Source of the DNA: Glaucostegus cemiculus
Taxonomy: Eukaryota
NCBI GenBank assembly: GCA_976551045.1
Contig: CDPCPM010000182.1
Location: 930,001 to 994,000 of the forward strand
Direction of reading: 5' to 3'
Length of the DNA: 64,000 bases
Part shown: positions 1-14,144 of the stretch, in pieces
How positions within the stretch are numbered: the first letter of the stretch is position 1
How the letters are laid out: the number at the start of each line of letters is the position of its first letter
Program-made: the position numbers and the translations under genes
The notes under the pieces: model-generated
What the model was told of the DNA's origin: nothing
Seen by the model: the letters and a program-made list of their open reading frames with translations, nothing else
Databases searched by the model: none

Positions 1-419
1 CAGTATTTGGCACTTTTATTAGAAGACATAATAGCTTGAAGTTTTCCTCAATTGAGTATAGTGATTATGTTTACTTCCTTGTTATGGTGATAATAAAGAA
101 GGAAAGCAAAATATTCCAAGCAATGTAAGGTTCTTACAATTATAGGAGGGTACAACACAAACCTGTTTGGCCCACCTTGTCCCCTTGTCCACGTCAACCA
201 TGATGCCTATATACGCGAATTCCATTTGCAAAGTTGCTAATTCTGATTTTGGTTGACTTGCTGTTCAGATCATTCCGTGGAGTTTTGAAATGAATTGTAC
301 CTTTATCCTACAGTCATTAATTCCTGCAACACCAGGAGACTGCCCACAACTTGTTATCCAGTTCAGGCTGGGAATGAATAAAAAAGTTTCTGAATGGCAT
401 GGCACAGTCTGGAAATTTC

Positions 420-690
420 ATGTTCTCCCTGTGACTGTGTTTTTCCTTCATGTTCTCCAGTTTCCTTCCACATCCCAAAAAAGAGCAGGGAGGTAAATCA
501 ATTGGCCATCCTAAATCGCCCTTAATGTATTGATAAGTGGTAGAGTCTGGGGGGACATAGGTGGGAATGTGGAATAAAATGAGTTAGGGAAGAATTAGTA
601 TAAAAGTGGGTACTTGTTGGCCAGCACAGACTTGGAGGGCCAAAGGGCCTATTTCCCTGCTGTATTTCTCTACAACTCTATGACTCCGTT
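420..690 (+). mobile_element. HE1-like SINE fragment with CR1-type 3' tail
   Basis: tgttctccctgtgactgtg...tttccttccacatcccaaa core and gggccaaagggcct...ctgctgta...ctctatgactc tail; related copies at 14940-15180 (-) and 37255-37580 (+). Confidence 0.6.
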
Positions 691-2129
691 ATTTAAATGT
701 CATGTTAATATTTAATGGTGACTGTATGTGGTCTTTATTGTCTTTGTTCTTTGGCACTAATGGATGTCTGTCAGGGATGATCCCGTTATCCTTTTGTGGA
801 TTAAACAACTCTAGTATTATTGAGACGTTGTCAACCAATAGCTCTTTATCAGATGTGTGTGAAGTCCAACCAGGTGAACTGTACCTTGGAGAATGCTTTT
901 GTTTATTTTAGAAACAAAATTATTCTGTGTTAAGTGTAGTTACTCATTTTCAAACTGTCTGTGGAAAAGGAAAGCCTATGTTATGGCTTAAGTTGTTCTA
1001 TAAAACGTAAAGAGAGAAGAAAAGACTGAAACAGCCTGTATTTCTCATGTCGCTAACAACCCAGTGTTTTTAATGTATTTCTTAAATTTGATCCACATGA
1101 ATAAAAAATATAACACTTTATTCTCAGCCTCTCTGTCCAAAACAAGATATCACAGCTCTTCTATTGATACCCTTCTGAATTTGAGCTTTCTTCCTGACCA
1201 TAACAGCCCACTACTCCCAAAATGCTGCTATTATGAAAGAACATCAATAGTGATATATGTGCAGTTAGGAATATGTTATTTGGAAGGTAGCTTGGAGGTG
1301 ATCCAGTTGATGCCTTTGTCCTTCTAAATGAAGGTTTTTAAGCTGCCACCATCAAAGAAACCTGGATGAGTTTTAGTAGTGGATTCTACAGAGAACAGAG
1401 TGTGGTTTGCTGCACTGTGGTTGGAGCAAGGGAATGTGTAAGTTGGTGGATGAGATAGGCTTTATCCTAAGGATCATTGCTAGGTACATCATTTCTGTTG
1501 CCTACATTTAAAAAAAAAAAGTTTAAATGACTATTGATATCATCATATGGGCTGAGTTATCAGGATTTGCTCAAAAATATTGAGTCCTCACCAAGGCAGT
1601 GTGTTTGTTGCAAGAATTAAGGATTCTGTGCTCTTTGCCCTCTGTGATTTTTGTTCTCTGATTTTATCATATTCCCCTCAGGCAGATTTGAAAAGCTTCT
1701 GTTGTATATGAGGGATGCACTAACTCCAACTTGGGTTAGGATTTAAAATGAATTGCTTGGGGCGCATTTATAATTTGGATCTACTCAATTTCTACATTCA
1801 AACCATGTACGCATTATTCCTTAATATGAATTATAATTCTCCAGCTGAGCTCTGCAAATGGGAAGATTCAGCTTATAAAATCTAACTGGCAGTTTCAAGG
1901 CTTGGGGGGGGGAAAAAAACAGCTGATCTGCTGACTAGGATTTTGCGAGCTGAGCACTTCCTATAATTGACTACATGAACTGAATGCAGAAATTGAGTGG
2001 ATCCAAATTATAAATGCACCCTAAAAAGTCACTTCTGCTTTAAAATGGGGTTGGATTTGGTGGAGCTACCTTGGCTAGGGAAGGAGCTGGTTTTGGTTGT
2101 GTTAGGAATCAACCTTGCACATCATTTTT

Positions 2130-2850
2130 GGAAGTCAAATAAGGGTAGGATGTGAACAGTAAATGGTGGGGTGCTAAGGAATGTTGAACAACAGAAGGAC
2201 CTTGGGATTAAAGTTCATAGTTCCCGGAAAGTGGTAATGCAAGTAGGATAGGGTGACGAATAAGGCATATGGCATCCATGCCTTCATAGGTTGGGGCATA
2301 GAATATAAAATTTGGGATGTTACATTGCAACTTTGTAAAATACTGGTTAGACTGCACTTGGAGTATTGTGTGCAATTCTGGTCATCACACTTTAAGAAGG
2401 ATGTGATTGAGCTGGAGAGCATGCAGAGGATGTCTGGATTGGAATTCAGGGAAGAGATTGGATAGGCTGAGCTTGTTTTCCTGGAGCGTAGAAGGCTTGG
2501 GGTGACCCGATAGAGGTGTATGAAATTATCAGAGGCATAAATAGTTAGTCTTTATCCCATGGTTGGGTTATCAAAATCAAGATGGCATAGGTTTGTGAGA
2601 GGGAGGAATTTTAAAGGGGATTTGATGGAAAAGTTGTTTATATAGTGGTTGATATCGGAACTCTCTGCCAGATGAGATAGCAGAGTCAGATAGAATCATC
2701 GTATTTCAGAGACACTTAGGTACTTACATAGATGTGACATAGAAGAATACAGACCTATTATGAGCTAATGAGATTAGTGTAGATTGGCTGAAGGTTAGCA
2801 TGGATGTGATGGACTGAAGGGCCCATTGCTATGTTCAACTCTAACTCTAT
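2130..2850 (+). mobile_element. CR1-clade LINE 3' fragment (decayed)
   Basis: ORF 2253..2465 LVRLHLEYCVQFWSSHFKKDVIELE matches the CR1 ORF2 C-terminal motif LVRPHLEYCVQFWSP; typical tail ggactgaagggccc. Confidence 0.85.
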
Positions 2851-3224
2851 AATTCCGCCTTTCCTCAGCGCACACACTGAGACCATGGACTTGTAGTTGC
2901 CAAGGTAAAATGAAAATCACTTGAACTTGCTCTCAGTGGATGCTGTTTCTCCACTAATCCCAACATTTGGAAGCAACTCGGGGAAAATTCAGATAGCTGA
3001 CGGTCTAGATCCTGGCTGCGACTTCTTGTTAAAGGCACCAGCTGAGCCCCCCGGAAGCCAACACAAATGTATAACAGCAACTCCAACTGCCTTGTTTGCC
3101 ACATCATAGCAATCAGTCGACTGCACAATCTCAAGCTAGGTTCCATCTGCACAGAGAGTAGGAAAACTGGGGTGTGGATTGAAGCCCTTGCTGCACTGAT
3201 TTCAGGGAAGAAGTTTCTTCACTG

Positions 3225-4240
3225 TATGTCTCTTAAGAAGCCCCTTGGGATTGAAGATGGACTACTTCTCTCTCCAGTTCGGTGGTGGCTGATGAGGCCA
3301 ATGTGGGGCCTGTGGAATCATCACAGATGGAGCAGGAGCTGCTTGAAGGGGCAGACAGGTTGGTCAGTAGTATGAAAGCCAGTGTACTATCATTTTTGCT
3401 GAGCTTCTGCATGTTCCCACCTAAGACCCAGAGGCTGTCATTGTTCCCCAAGTCATTCCTTCTCCATTTGGTCAGCCATGGGATTCCCACAAGTAGGTGA
3501 GGGGACCTTGAGAATGTCCATGACTTTTTTCTGTCCTCTTGCCTGGACAGAGCTTTGTGTAGACTGCCTGCTTTGGAAGTCTTGTGATGGGCATATGAAT
3601 GATTTTGACCTCATTGGAGCTGATTAATGTTAACTTGAGCTGTGATGCTGGGGATGTTGGCCTGGGAGAGGACTTTGATATTGGTCCATTTATTCTGGAT
3701 TTGGATGAATTTTCAGAGATGGCATTGATGGTACCTCTCCATGCCTCAGGAGCATAAAGGAGGACTACCCAGTAGACCATGAGCTTTGTGCCAGCTTTGA
3801 GGTCTTGATCTTTGAGCACACTTTTCCTTAGATAGGCAAGGACATTGGAGGCAGTATTGAATTTCATTGTTGATGTGTGAGAAGTGGCTCCTGCCTTACG
3901 GAAAATGATCCACATTTTTGATCATCTTTGTCAGGGTGGGGGCAGGTTGCAGGGGACCTTTTGCGTGATTGTGGCTGCTTATTGTAAGGGCCATTCCCCT
4001 GTATGCTTCAGCAAGCATGTTAACTCTAGGAGCTTGACTTCCTGAAAGTGTGTATACCAAAGTGTGATCTGTGTGCTGCAGCTCAGTGACTGATGTTGGG
4101 GTGACATTGATTGTGGAGTGGAGGTGATGTAGGTTGAATGGTTTCCTATTTGCACTGTAGATGAGCACCACTCCAGTGGAAAAGTTGCTAGAGATGAGGC
4201 ACAATATTGCAGTGAAAAATACTGAGACACTTGTCTAGTA
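3225..4240 (-). mobile_element. RTE-clade LINE 3' fragment (decayed RT and C-terminus)
   Basis: Minus-strand frames give FNLHHLHS..VTELQHTD (LFNLRRL..ELQYADD-like), TKLMVY..VLLYAPEAW, RLPKQ..Y and a terminal HIGLISH. Confidence 0.8.
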
Positions 4241-6969
4241 ACCCTAGTAAAGCTTACAGTTCAATTCTGTTGTTTTGGACTGTATACCATAGAAAGGATG
4301 TTGAGGCCATAGAGAGGATGATGCTGATTCTCCAGGCTGCCTAGTGTGCAGAAAAATCTATTTGACAGGGAAGATTGAGGGATATGATTAGAGGTGTTTA
4401 AGGGTGAAGGCTGAGAGCAAATAGAAACTGACTCCCTCCAGCAGTTGAGATCCAGAACAAATGGACATTAATTTTAGTTTTCAGGGAGAAAACAGAAACA
4501 TTTTTATATTCGCATGGTGAAGTGCAAAGATAACATTGACATGGTCTCAGCTTAAATTGCCAATGTTTCAGAAATGTTAGGTTGTTGAAGAGAAGGGGAA
4601 TGGAAGGATTGTCTACAATGTGACATTTTCACCAGGGCATTTTGGTGTCCATTTTATGCTTGAATTCTTTAAGAAGCAGGACTAGCTGAAGTTGAGTTGT
4701 GGGGTCAGGGTGCAGTAGTAAAGGAAATGAGCCTGTCCTTGGAGAACTGTAACAAAATTAGGAAATGGTAAGTATGATCTCTGCTTATGGTGTGCAAGTA
4801 CTCTGGACTCCAAAGCCTGGTTCTAGTTGAGGAGTTTACAAGCTGGTCTGAATTGCAGTAGTTGCTCATAAAGTGGTTCTTCGATTTGTTGTGATATGTG
4901 GCATATATTGTGGTAAATAGCAGGCAAAAATATTATGAACAATTCTTGATGAGCAAGTTATGGCATGAGGGGGTTGTGGCATTTTCTTTGTTGATAGGGC
5001 TTTTTTCATCTCGTGTCTCAAGAATTATTTGTGAAAAAGCAAAATCAAAGTAACTATATGGCAAAATCTAAATGGGTATGCAGGTTATGTGCAAGGGTAT
5101 TTGGGGAAACTTGCTGTAGCTACTTCCATAAGAACATATAGAGCACCTGGTAGGTAGTCTTGCTGCAGCTATGAATGATGACATTGTTCTCTTCCACAAG
5201 TGGTTACTTAATATTCCAGGAGAGGTTGAAAACCGGAGCTATAAAGATAACCTAAGCCACTTACTGCAGCCTCCTTCCCCACCCCTCTCCATCTCTTGGT
5301 ATTGAATAGAGTCCAAAAGCTCATTGCTTAGGTGTGAAAAATGGGAATGTGGATGAGATAATGCAGACTTTGGCTGTTGTGGAATTGCATACTATACTGG
5401 ATTTGTGTATGTCTTGGTGGAGAACGGGTGAAAATTGATTTGCATAATGAAGAGTTCTGGATTCTCTACTAAAGTAAAATTCAGCATGCTCAATACCAAA
5501 CTAGCAGGTTTTAAGACTGTTGGATGCTATTTCTATTTGTACCTCAATACATCTTAATTGACTTTTTTTTGGATATTACATAGTCAAAATTTCCAGTGGG
5601 CCAGGTAAGTTTAAAGGAATCACAGGAACTGGGGCCCCAGAGTGTGGGAAAGGACTGCTGGAACTGGGGTCTTGGTGATTGGGAAGGGATCATGGCAGAT
5701 ATCACCTGTGAGCCAGATGATGAAACATTTGGGATTTCCAAATAATTGGATAACCAATTGTCAGTTTTACTGTATCTTGATTTGGGGGCTCTAAATACCA
5801 AAGTTTGCTTAGTCACCATCTCTTGAAACAGTAGATTGTATACTTGTCCTGCATTGTTTGTAAGCTCTGGGCTTTGTTTTTGGTGGCAAAACTTCAACTC
5901 TATCTGTTTGCTATTTGAATGAATATTGAAATTAATACATTCTCTGGGATTAAATTCAAATAAATTCACTGGGTGGAAGGAGAAAAGACAATTCACAGAA
6001 GTCAAAACTCTGCATGTGTGGTGTACGAGTCTCATTTTGTGTTCTTGTCAATGTGCAGTCTGACCGGTTGGGAATTCTACCTCCAGTATCTGCTGCAATC
6101 TCCTGAAGTGTATTTAATATTTAATGAACTGAGTACTGGCTTTTTTAGATATAAGATTGCAAAGGACGGCAAAGAAAAAAATGATGCAGTAATTTCCTGA
6201 GCAGTTTTAATATTTGCCTTGTTATAATAACTGTAACTATGAGATGTTTTACATTTGTATCTGCAAGCTTGTGTAAAAGTGGGCGTGGTAAATTTGACTC
6301 CGTTCTTTATTGCCTCTAAGCTATGGGGGCTGTGTGACCCAGCTGGAGATTATCGCAAGCCACTGAGAGGAAGTAATGGGGGATGGTAGGCTGCTGAACT
6401 GGAACCCTATAAAATTGTTTAGTTCTGGAGCAAGACAGGTGACCAAAGAAGCAAGTGTGAGCATTTACTCTGATAAGAATGGAAGCTCAAAAGCATTGAA
6501 GAAAAAAAAGTGCTCAGCAGCAACTGTTAGAACCACATGGGTGCTAGAAATCTGAAGTACTTTTTAATAAAAAAGTCTCTACTATCCTCTACTAAAGTTT
6601 CACTGGATAAATATTCATTGTTTAATGCTGAACTGTATAGACTAAGGAGATTTGTCTTTGCTAAGTTGTCTGTGCTGAGTTGATTGGCTCTCAGTTGGGA
6701 TGGCAATCAGTGTCACCAATTTTTTCTGGGCTATTACAGTAAGAAATCAGCATGGAAGCTTCCTGCATGTGTAACAACAGTGTTGTGCTTTGACCTTGAG
6801 ATATGGATTATTTTGACAAGGCTACGTTTATTCTCCATCCTTTGTTTCTTTTGGTTGGCCTTGCATTGCAACAATTATTTTATAACTATCACAACCTGCC
6901 TCTTGGAAAGATTTCAGATAAATGTTCAGGTTGGTAGTTAACAAGAACTAGTGTGAGGTACCAGCCTAA

Positions 6970-8150
6970 GTTGGTGAATTTATTTTTTACAGGTGGTTGT
7001 GATGGAGTTTGATGGAAAATGAAAACTAGTCCTTCATTTCTGGTTTGTCACTCCATATCACAACAACTGCATTGGTTCCTGGATCTCTTGATCATTATCT
7101 TCAAAGCAGTCCTGGTAGAGGAGCCAAGGGTTTCTTTACAGATGCTGATTGTGGTGGCGTTCAGAGCAAACCAAATGCTGTGGACACTTTATTACTTCTG
7201 TTGGTTGGGAGTTGTCAAATTGTCTGAGAGATGCTGCTTGACAAGAGTTATCTTTGTGGGGATCTTGAGATTTTTCTTATGGATGTTGCGGTTCTAGGGC
7301 AAGGCTTCAGATATAGTGAATTAGACAGTGTCTGTCAAGTCATTGATACTTGGTATGGGTGATGTGGGTGTCTGTACAGTCCCTCAATCAGGTGATATGA
7401 CCTAACAGAGCCTGGATTGGGGATATTGCCACAAGGTCCTGTGCTTGTCTGTCTGGCAAAATTGTATTGGTTATAATGAGACCATGTTCCATGCATTTGT
7501 CAGATGGAGGACTTCAAGTTGGCTTTCTCTATAGCTTCCTTGAAGTTGCTTTTTGGCAGAAGATTGTATCATTTCTGACCCTGGAGTTGAAGTCACTCAG
7601 GAGGATTAGTTTTCCTCCTGATGTAGGCCAGAATTTTGATTCCACCTCGGCCACTTTAATATAACAATATTGAAAGCATCCAGGTTTTTGTATCTGTATT
7701 GATGACTGTGCTGCAGCTTCTGTTAAAGTTGGAGAATTATGTAGCATTTACATCAAATGGGGAATCAACTGAGACTCCCATCTAGCTCATTGTTCACCCC
7801 ATGATGGTGATATCCCTCTTCTAGTTTGCCTGGTGGCAGGTGGTATATCTACCTCTTTACTCTTTGAGCTATTTCCTGGTTGTTGAGTCTCATGCAAGGT
7901 GGCAGTGTGAAAATATCTGAGCTCCTGGGCTGTGATGGTGGAATGATGTTCGACTCTGTTGCTGTTGGAGCTGACCTGATATTCCAGCTGCCAAACTTAA
8001 TATTGAGAAATAGAATTGCCCATGTGTAAAGTCTTTTAAGGTAGAATGTCTGTTGCATACTAGCTATCAGACAGGCTTGACACAGAGGTCTTGATTCAGT
8101 AGTGGGAAGTCCAGGATGACTGGAAATGAGGCTCTGCTGTGTTTCTTTGG
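6970..8150 (-). mobile_element. RTE-clade LINE 5' fragment (decayed APE endonuclease region)
   Basis: FGSWNIR (ORF 7849..8058) and KLILLSDFNSRV (ORF 7529..7747) are APE motifs; boundaries approximate. Confidence 0.7.
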
Positions 8151-9429
8151 TGTTAATCTAGCAAAACAGTCTTTACGCTAACACATGAAGAACAACTACT
8201 GGATGAGAGACCAGAGGTGCTATAGGTGTATTAAGATGGCATGATCTGTATACTTGAGGGTGAAGGTGGCAAAGGAAGAGTAATGGAACAACTGGTTTGA
8301 TGGTTGAGCATTTCTACATGGTATCAGATGAGATACCTTCGTACAAGTTCACTATTGACTCATTGTGGCTTGCTGCCCAGTGTCCCTCTGTTTGAGATGG
8401 TGCCTGACCTTCATATCGAAGAACATCTCTTAGTCAGTGGAAACCCATTAGGATGGAATCATTCTGACCACTTGAAACAGCAGTTGGCAGATTATGGCGT
8501 ACACTGAAATGCCACAAAAATCTATTACACTATGACTTAAAAATTAATAAGATAAATCATAGAAAAGCTGCAGTAATGTACAGTAATGCTGTCCATGAAG
8601 CCAGCAGAGTGGCAGAACAAATGTTTTGGGTTGTTAATGTCCTCTGGGAAGCCTCTTTTCCATCCATAGTCAGTCAGACCTATGTGTGACTCTTAGTCCA
8701 GGGACATATGGTTATGTATATGGTGAAATATTGCACCAGAAAGCCACATGGACCCAATAAACAGGTATGACAAGAGTACAGACCCTAAACTCTTAATATC
8801 TGGGGGCTTATGCCAAAATTTCAAAGAGCTGTTCAAAAGATGTCAAACAGCCACTAACATTCTGGGCTCCTGTCACCTCTTGTTTGCCATGCCCTATCTG
8901 CAGGTCAGGACTATCTGAGCTGGCACTTGGGTGAGGTGTTTGACTGCTGGAGGAGTCAAAATTGACTTAAAACCATGAAACGTGACTTAGGTTTTAAGTT
9001 AAACGTGGCAGAGGAGGCTCCTGTTGACTATTTAATCATCATCTCTCTGTTAGACGATCAGTATTTTGCCATATTGAACATCACTGGACAGAAACAGAGA
9101 TAGCAGGTTCATGATATGTATTCAGTGAGTATAATCTTAAGCAACTCAGTGATGCCACTAATGATTGAGTTAGTTGATTCTGGACTGAACCAGGGATGAG
9201 AGAACCTGGTGAGGGAAAAGAGTTGTACAACCTTGTCCTTGCCAATTTGCCTGAGGACAAAGGCCTTTTGTCACGATGTGTATACCATTTAATTGAATTG
9301 TGTGACAGTATCATAGGCAAAATGGGGTAGATTCAGAACACATTTACCAATATAAAACTGAGCATCCAGGTGTGGCTTTGGGGCATCAATCACAGAAGTG
9401 ATCTGTGTTCTTGAATTTGATGCATTAGA

Positions 9430-9870
9430 GGGTATGTGCTATAAGGAGAGTTTGGACAAACTATAGTTTTCTCTGGAGTGGCAGAGCCTAAGGGAAGGCC
9501 TGATAAAAGTTTCTCGAATTATGAGAGGTACAGATAGACAGCCGTATCTTTTTCCCAGGGTCAAAATGTCTAATGCTAGAATGCATGCATTTAATGTGAG
9601 GGGGGGGGGGTTGGGGGGAAGTTCAAAGGAGATGTGCAACATAAGTTTTTACAGAGTGATGGATGCCTGGAATGTGCTGCCAGGGGCGGTGGTACAGGCA
9701 GATATGATAGAGGTGTTTTAAAAGGTTCTTAGATAGGCACGTGTGGATGGAGGGTGGGGGGATATGGACCATTTGCAGGCAGAAGGGATTAGGTGTCATT
9801 AGCTTAATTAGTTCGGCACAACGTCGTGAGTTGAAGGGCCTTTTCCTGTGTGGTGCTGTTCTGTGTTCTA
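9430..9870 (+). mobile_element. CR1-clade LINE 3' end
   Basis: FY.RVMDAWNVLPGAVVQAD-like C-terminal motif and tail gttgaagggccttttcctgtg...tgttctgtgttcta. Confidence 0.8.
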
Positions 9871-10407
9871 TCCCTTACCGGGCCATTACTGTTAAGCTAG
9901 GTCTTGATGCAATGTGGAGCAGCACGTGGTGAAGCCAGAAATCAAGGATACAAGCATTCTGAACAACGGGATGTGGACCCAGTATTTATTACCTCTGAAC
10001 TGAAACTTGCTAGGCCAGTTCAGAGGGCTGTTAAAAGTCAACTGTGTTGCTGTCACAGACCTGATGTAAATAGCACATTTCCTTACCTGAAAGACGATAG
10101 ATGATTTTGAATGACAACCCAGTAGTTTCATGGTTACCATTACTTGTATTCAATATTTACTTAGTTACATTAATTTAAATTCCCAAGCTATTTTGGTGGG
10201 ATTTGAACTTGTGTATCCATAGTCCAGGCCTTGGTTTGCTATACCAGTAACTTAACTGCAACACTATTGTGGCCTGTGTGGTTTTGTGTCATAGCAAGTT
10301 GAATTTTTTTTCAGTTACCAGGAAAGTCTTGAATTTTTTTCTTTATTGTAATAGAGAAGTAAGTGGGTTTCCTTGTTGAATTTTCCTGAATAAATTGGGG
10401 AAGATGT

Positions 10408-10590
10408 GTATTCTTTCCTTCTGCCATCAGATTTCTGAACTGTGCACTAACACTACCTTGTTATACCTCTTTTGCACTATTTGTTTTGTAACTTAGTAAT
10501 TTTTATATATTTGTCTTGCATTGTACTGCTGCTGCAAAACAACAAATTTCACAACATATGTCAGTGATAATAAACCTGATTTCTGATTCT
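10408..10590 (+). mobile_element. Rex1/Babar-type LINE 3' tail
   Basis: ttctttccttctgccatcagatttctgaac...gtactgctgctgcaaaacaacaaatttcac...aataaacctgatttctgattct; family assigned from recalled pattern. Confidence 0.55.
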
Positions 10591-13500
10591 ATGAAACAAA
10601 TGGATTTAATAAACCAAGATAATGGTGAATGTATGATGTCATAATCTGGCTGTTTCTAAGGCCACTGTTAGATATTGCTTATAATATAAATTTTTTTTGT
10701 GGCAAGTGAGATGGAAAGACGTTACTTTTTTTTCATTTGATCACAATTCAGGAATATTTTGTTGTAAATGTTTTGGGATTTAGTGCAATGTAAACATTTT
10801 CTATTTTTGAATAATATTAACTTTGTAATGTATTTTGTTAAACACAGAAGTAGAACATAGAACTGAACACAAATGTGTTCTCTCTAGTATTTCTCCCGGT
10901 TTTGACTTCAGTTTGTGAGATTACTTAGTAGCCTGATCTTGTTCCTGAGCTGCAATTTGCTGGACTGTGGTAAATTTGATGATCTGTAATCATGTTTCTC
11001 TCTCCAGCCAAGCTAAGTGACTTGATACTATGACTGTAGTCATTTACAAAGCCAAATCACCAAAGATAGATGACTTCTTTGTTAACATGTATTTTGGCTC
11101 CAATGTGAATACATTTGCTCAAAGGTTGGCTAGAAGAATGGAAGGAGTACATTCTGTTTCCAACTCTGCTCATTTTCTTGATTGATGTACATCTCCCTCT
11201 TCCATTCTAGAAACTGTACCCAATATTTATTTTCTCTATCTCCTTGAGTTCTTGGTATGACTATGTACGTTTTAGTCTGTACCATTGAATTTACTATTTT
11301 CCTCTCTGCCCTTGCCACCAAATTCCAATGTCTGATTCATCATTTTCATTTAGATGTATTTGGTGATTTATTTGATAATTTTAAACCTTGGCCGGCATTT
11401 TGCAGTCAGCTGTTAAGCAACTAAACCACTTGCCACTGGCTCCTCCCCACCCCACCCCTTTCCCTGTCCTGGCATCAGCTGCATAGAGCCATGTATTATG
11501 GGGGATCCCAGTCATCCATCAAGAATGATGCCATCAAGCCAACTGCATTGAAGAATTCTCGCAGCAAGTGAGGAAGTAACAAGCTCAATTTTATTAATGT
11601 TAAGCATTTTATGGAGTGAAAATAAAGATCAGGACATTTGGGATTGAGGCAGAGTTGAAAATTAAACATTAAATTATCATTCTAGAAACTATTTTTTAAA
11701 TGAGGGAATTAAAATCCGCATGCAAATTTAGTTTTTATTAGGGTTGGTGGGGTTGTTAAGTAATGATTGTGGCTTGGGTGGCAGTTTACAACTGGCTTCC
11801 ACCTCTTAACAAAGCAGGGTAGTTTACAAGAATAGTTGGTAAACATCTGTGGTTCTCATAACCGATTTCTCAAGACCCTGTTGGAAATGGTCGCAAAACA
11901 ATGCATGCTGGTGAAGGAGCAGGAAACCAGTGATAGTAATTTCAGGATTTCTCCATCTTAAGTGCATGTTTCAGAAGTTGCATTTTTAATACTGTGTAAC
12001 AATAGTGAATGCTGACAGCTTCATTATTATAGCTGCAAATTTGGGTCATTAACTTATTTTCTGTGGGTTAGTTCTGTTCACTTAGAGGGAATAAAACACC
12101 ATTCACTCTTTAAACAAGATCCAAGTCATTGTAAGACTTTGTTATTAAAAAAAAAAGCTAAAGTGATTACAAATCAAATCAATTATTAACTAATATGAGA
12201 GTTAATGCTATGGATGTAACTCACTCAGAATTGTAAAGGTAATGGATCTGAATAGAGCAGAATTGGAGCAGAAACAAAGTATGCAATATATTACCCACAT
12301 CCTATTTTTATAAAAGATCAGTACTGCTGACCGGCTTACAGTTTTATTTAATAAAAAATCAATTGAGGGACAAATCTGTCTCCCAGTTGTAAGATAACAC
12401 TACTCGCAAATATTTTTTTTCTTGGAGCAGTTGGCTTTCCTTTTTTAACATGAAATATGAGGGTATTATATATCAGTAACTCAGTTAGCAACAATCCCAA
12501 AATATTTCAGTACAAAAAACATGACACCACATCTCCTTGTTGCATCTGATGGAGTGTGGCATTAAAATCCATTCAAGAATGCCAACAATCACTCGCTCTC
12601 CACACACACATCTTCTCCCTCTGCCCCACCTCTGCCTCCCCCTCCGCCCCCCCCCCCCAAAACAAGCTGATGGCTACTCTTACAGGTGCACCTTTATCAT
12701 TGAAAACTAGTCAGAAATATGCAATGTTATTTGCCCTGTCCAGTTCCAGTAGTGCCAAATCCAATATACCCTACCACTAATCAGATAACACTGCATAATT
12801 CGGGAATCAATTGTGATACTTCTGTGTTTAATCTGATGAGAAAACAAACCTCAATATTCAGCCATTGAGCCTACATGGTACTATATCTCAACCTAGAAAA
12901 ATACAGAAATTGTACAAGTAAATTGCAAGGCTGAGGATGATGGCTCATGCACAAACAAGATTTGCCACGTAAGAAAGTTTTCTATAGGCTTCAGATGTTT
13001 GCACAAAAATCGGTGAAAATGTGCAGAGTTTTAGAAGATTTTGCTGCTTGTGTTTGGTGGGTGAGAGAGGGATGAAATGCGTAGAGACTATGAAAAGTAA
13101 AGTAGAGAGCTTTTGCAAATATTTTTCTCACTGAGCTATAACATATTATTGGCTGTTGGAGTTACAACTGCACAAACCATTGAATCTCTGCACCTTTGTT
13201 CTACTTGCTGTCAGGTTCTGAGACTTTAGATGCTGAGATGTCCCTAGGCAGTCTAATTTGACAGGAATAAATTTGTCACAGTCCATGCTTGCTGGGAATG
13301 CAGTCTGAAGCAGGACCATTAGATTTGGATAGAACTCAAGAGCGAAGAAATTGAGAAGAGAAAGGGTGGGGAGAGGAGGAATAAGTTCTTAGCATGCCAA
13401 GGGGCTTAGGGGAAAGATTTCTGTTTGGTTTAACAGCATCTGAGTGTAAGAAAAGCAGCCAGTTTTGTACGTGAAAGAACTGTGACATAATATGTAATGA

Positions 13501-14054
13501 ATCAGTGGATGTTGAGTTTCCAGAACAATGTGAAAAGGAACTGTAGTCATTAGGCACAGATTTATTTCTGTTTGTAAATGGATCTCTTGCCCTAGTAGTG
13601 AGTTGTTTTGTGTATAAATATCCCTGGTTTGAACACATTGCTGTATTGAGGCTTCTGATTAAATATCACCTCGGCCTCTCCCTCATAATTGCTGTCTAGC
13701 AGCTCCTGTTGGAAAATCCCCAAGTGGACAGGTTTGGATTTAGCTATGGTGCTCTTTAAGATCAAATAGAAAATGTCTTGAAGGCTGGGTTCCAACATGA
13801 ATGTTGACGTGTGAAATACTGGAATGAACTGTTTCAGAGGAATTAGGACTTTTCTGGAAATAGAAGATTACAGGAAGAAGCAAATCAGGTAGGAGTTAGC
13901 AACTTGAACCTGTCAATAGAAAGCTTTGGGAGCATGAGGCAGAACTGGATTTTAACTCAGTCCCAAGGAGTCTAACCTTTGCCAAAAGAGGAACAGGGAA
14001 GTATGTCAATTGTGATAGAGGTTTGAAATTGAATGCTTGTTTTGTTTCTTGCAG

Positions 14055-14144
14055 AGTGCAGCTGCAGCTCCAAGTCCAGTGCTTGGAAACATTCCTCCCA
14101 GTGATGGGATACCAGGAGGCCCTATTCCTCCAGGCTTTTTTCAG
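14055..14144 (+). CDS. SSBP3: SSBP3 exon 5 ([30 protein letters not shown])
   Basis: tttcttgcag|AGT...TTTCAG|gtaaaa; 90 nt, phase 0/0. Confidence 0.96.

Noticed and set aside
5544-6035. 163-aa minus-strand ORF
   Set aside because: No recognisable homology; lies among decayed repeats in an intron.
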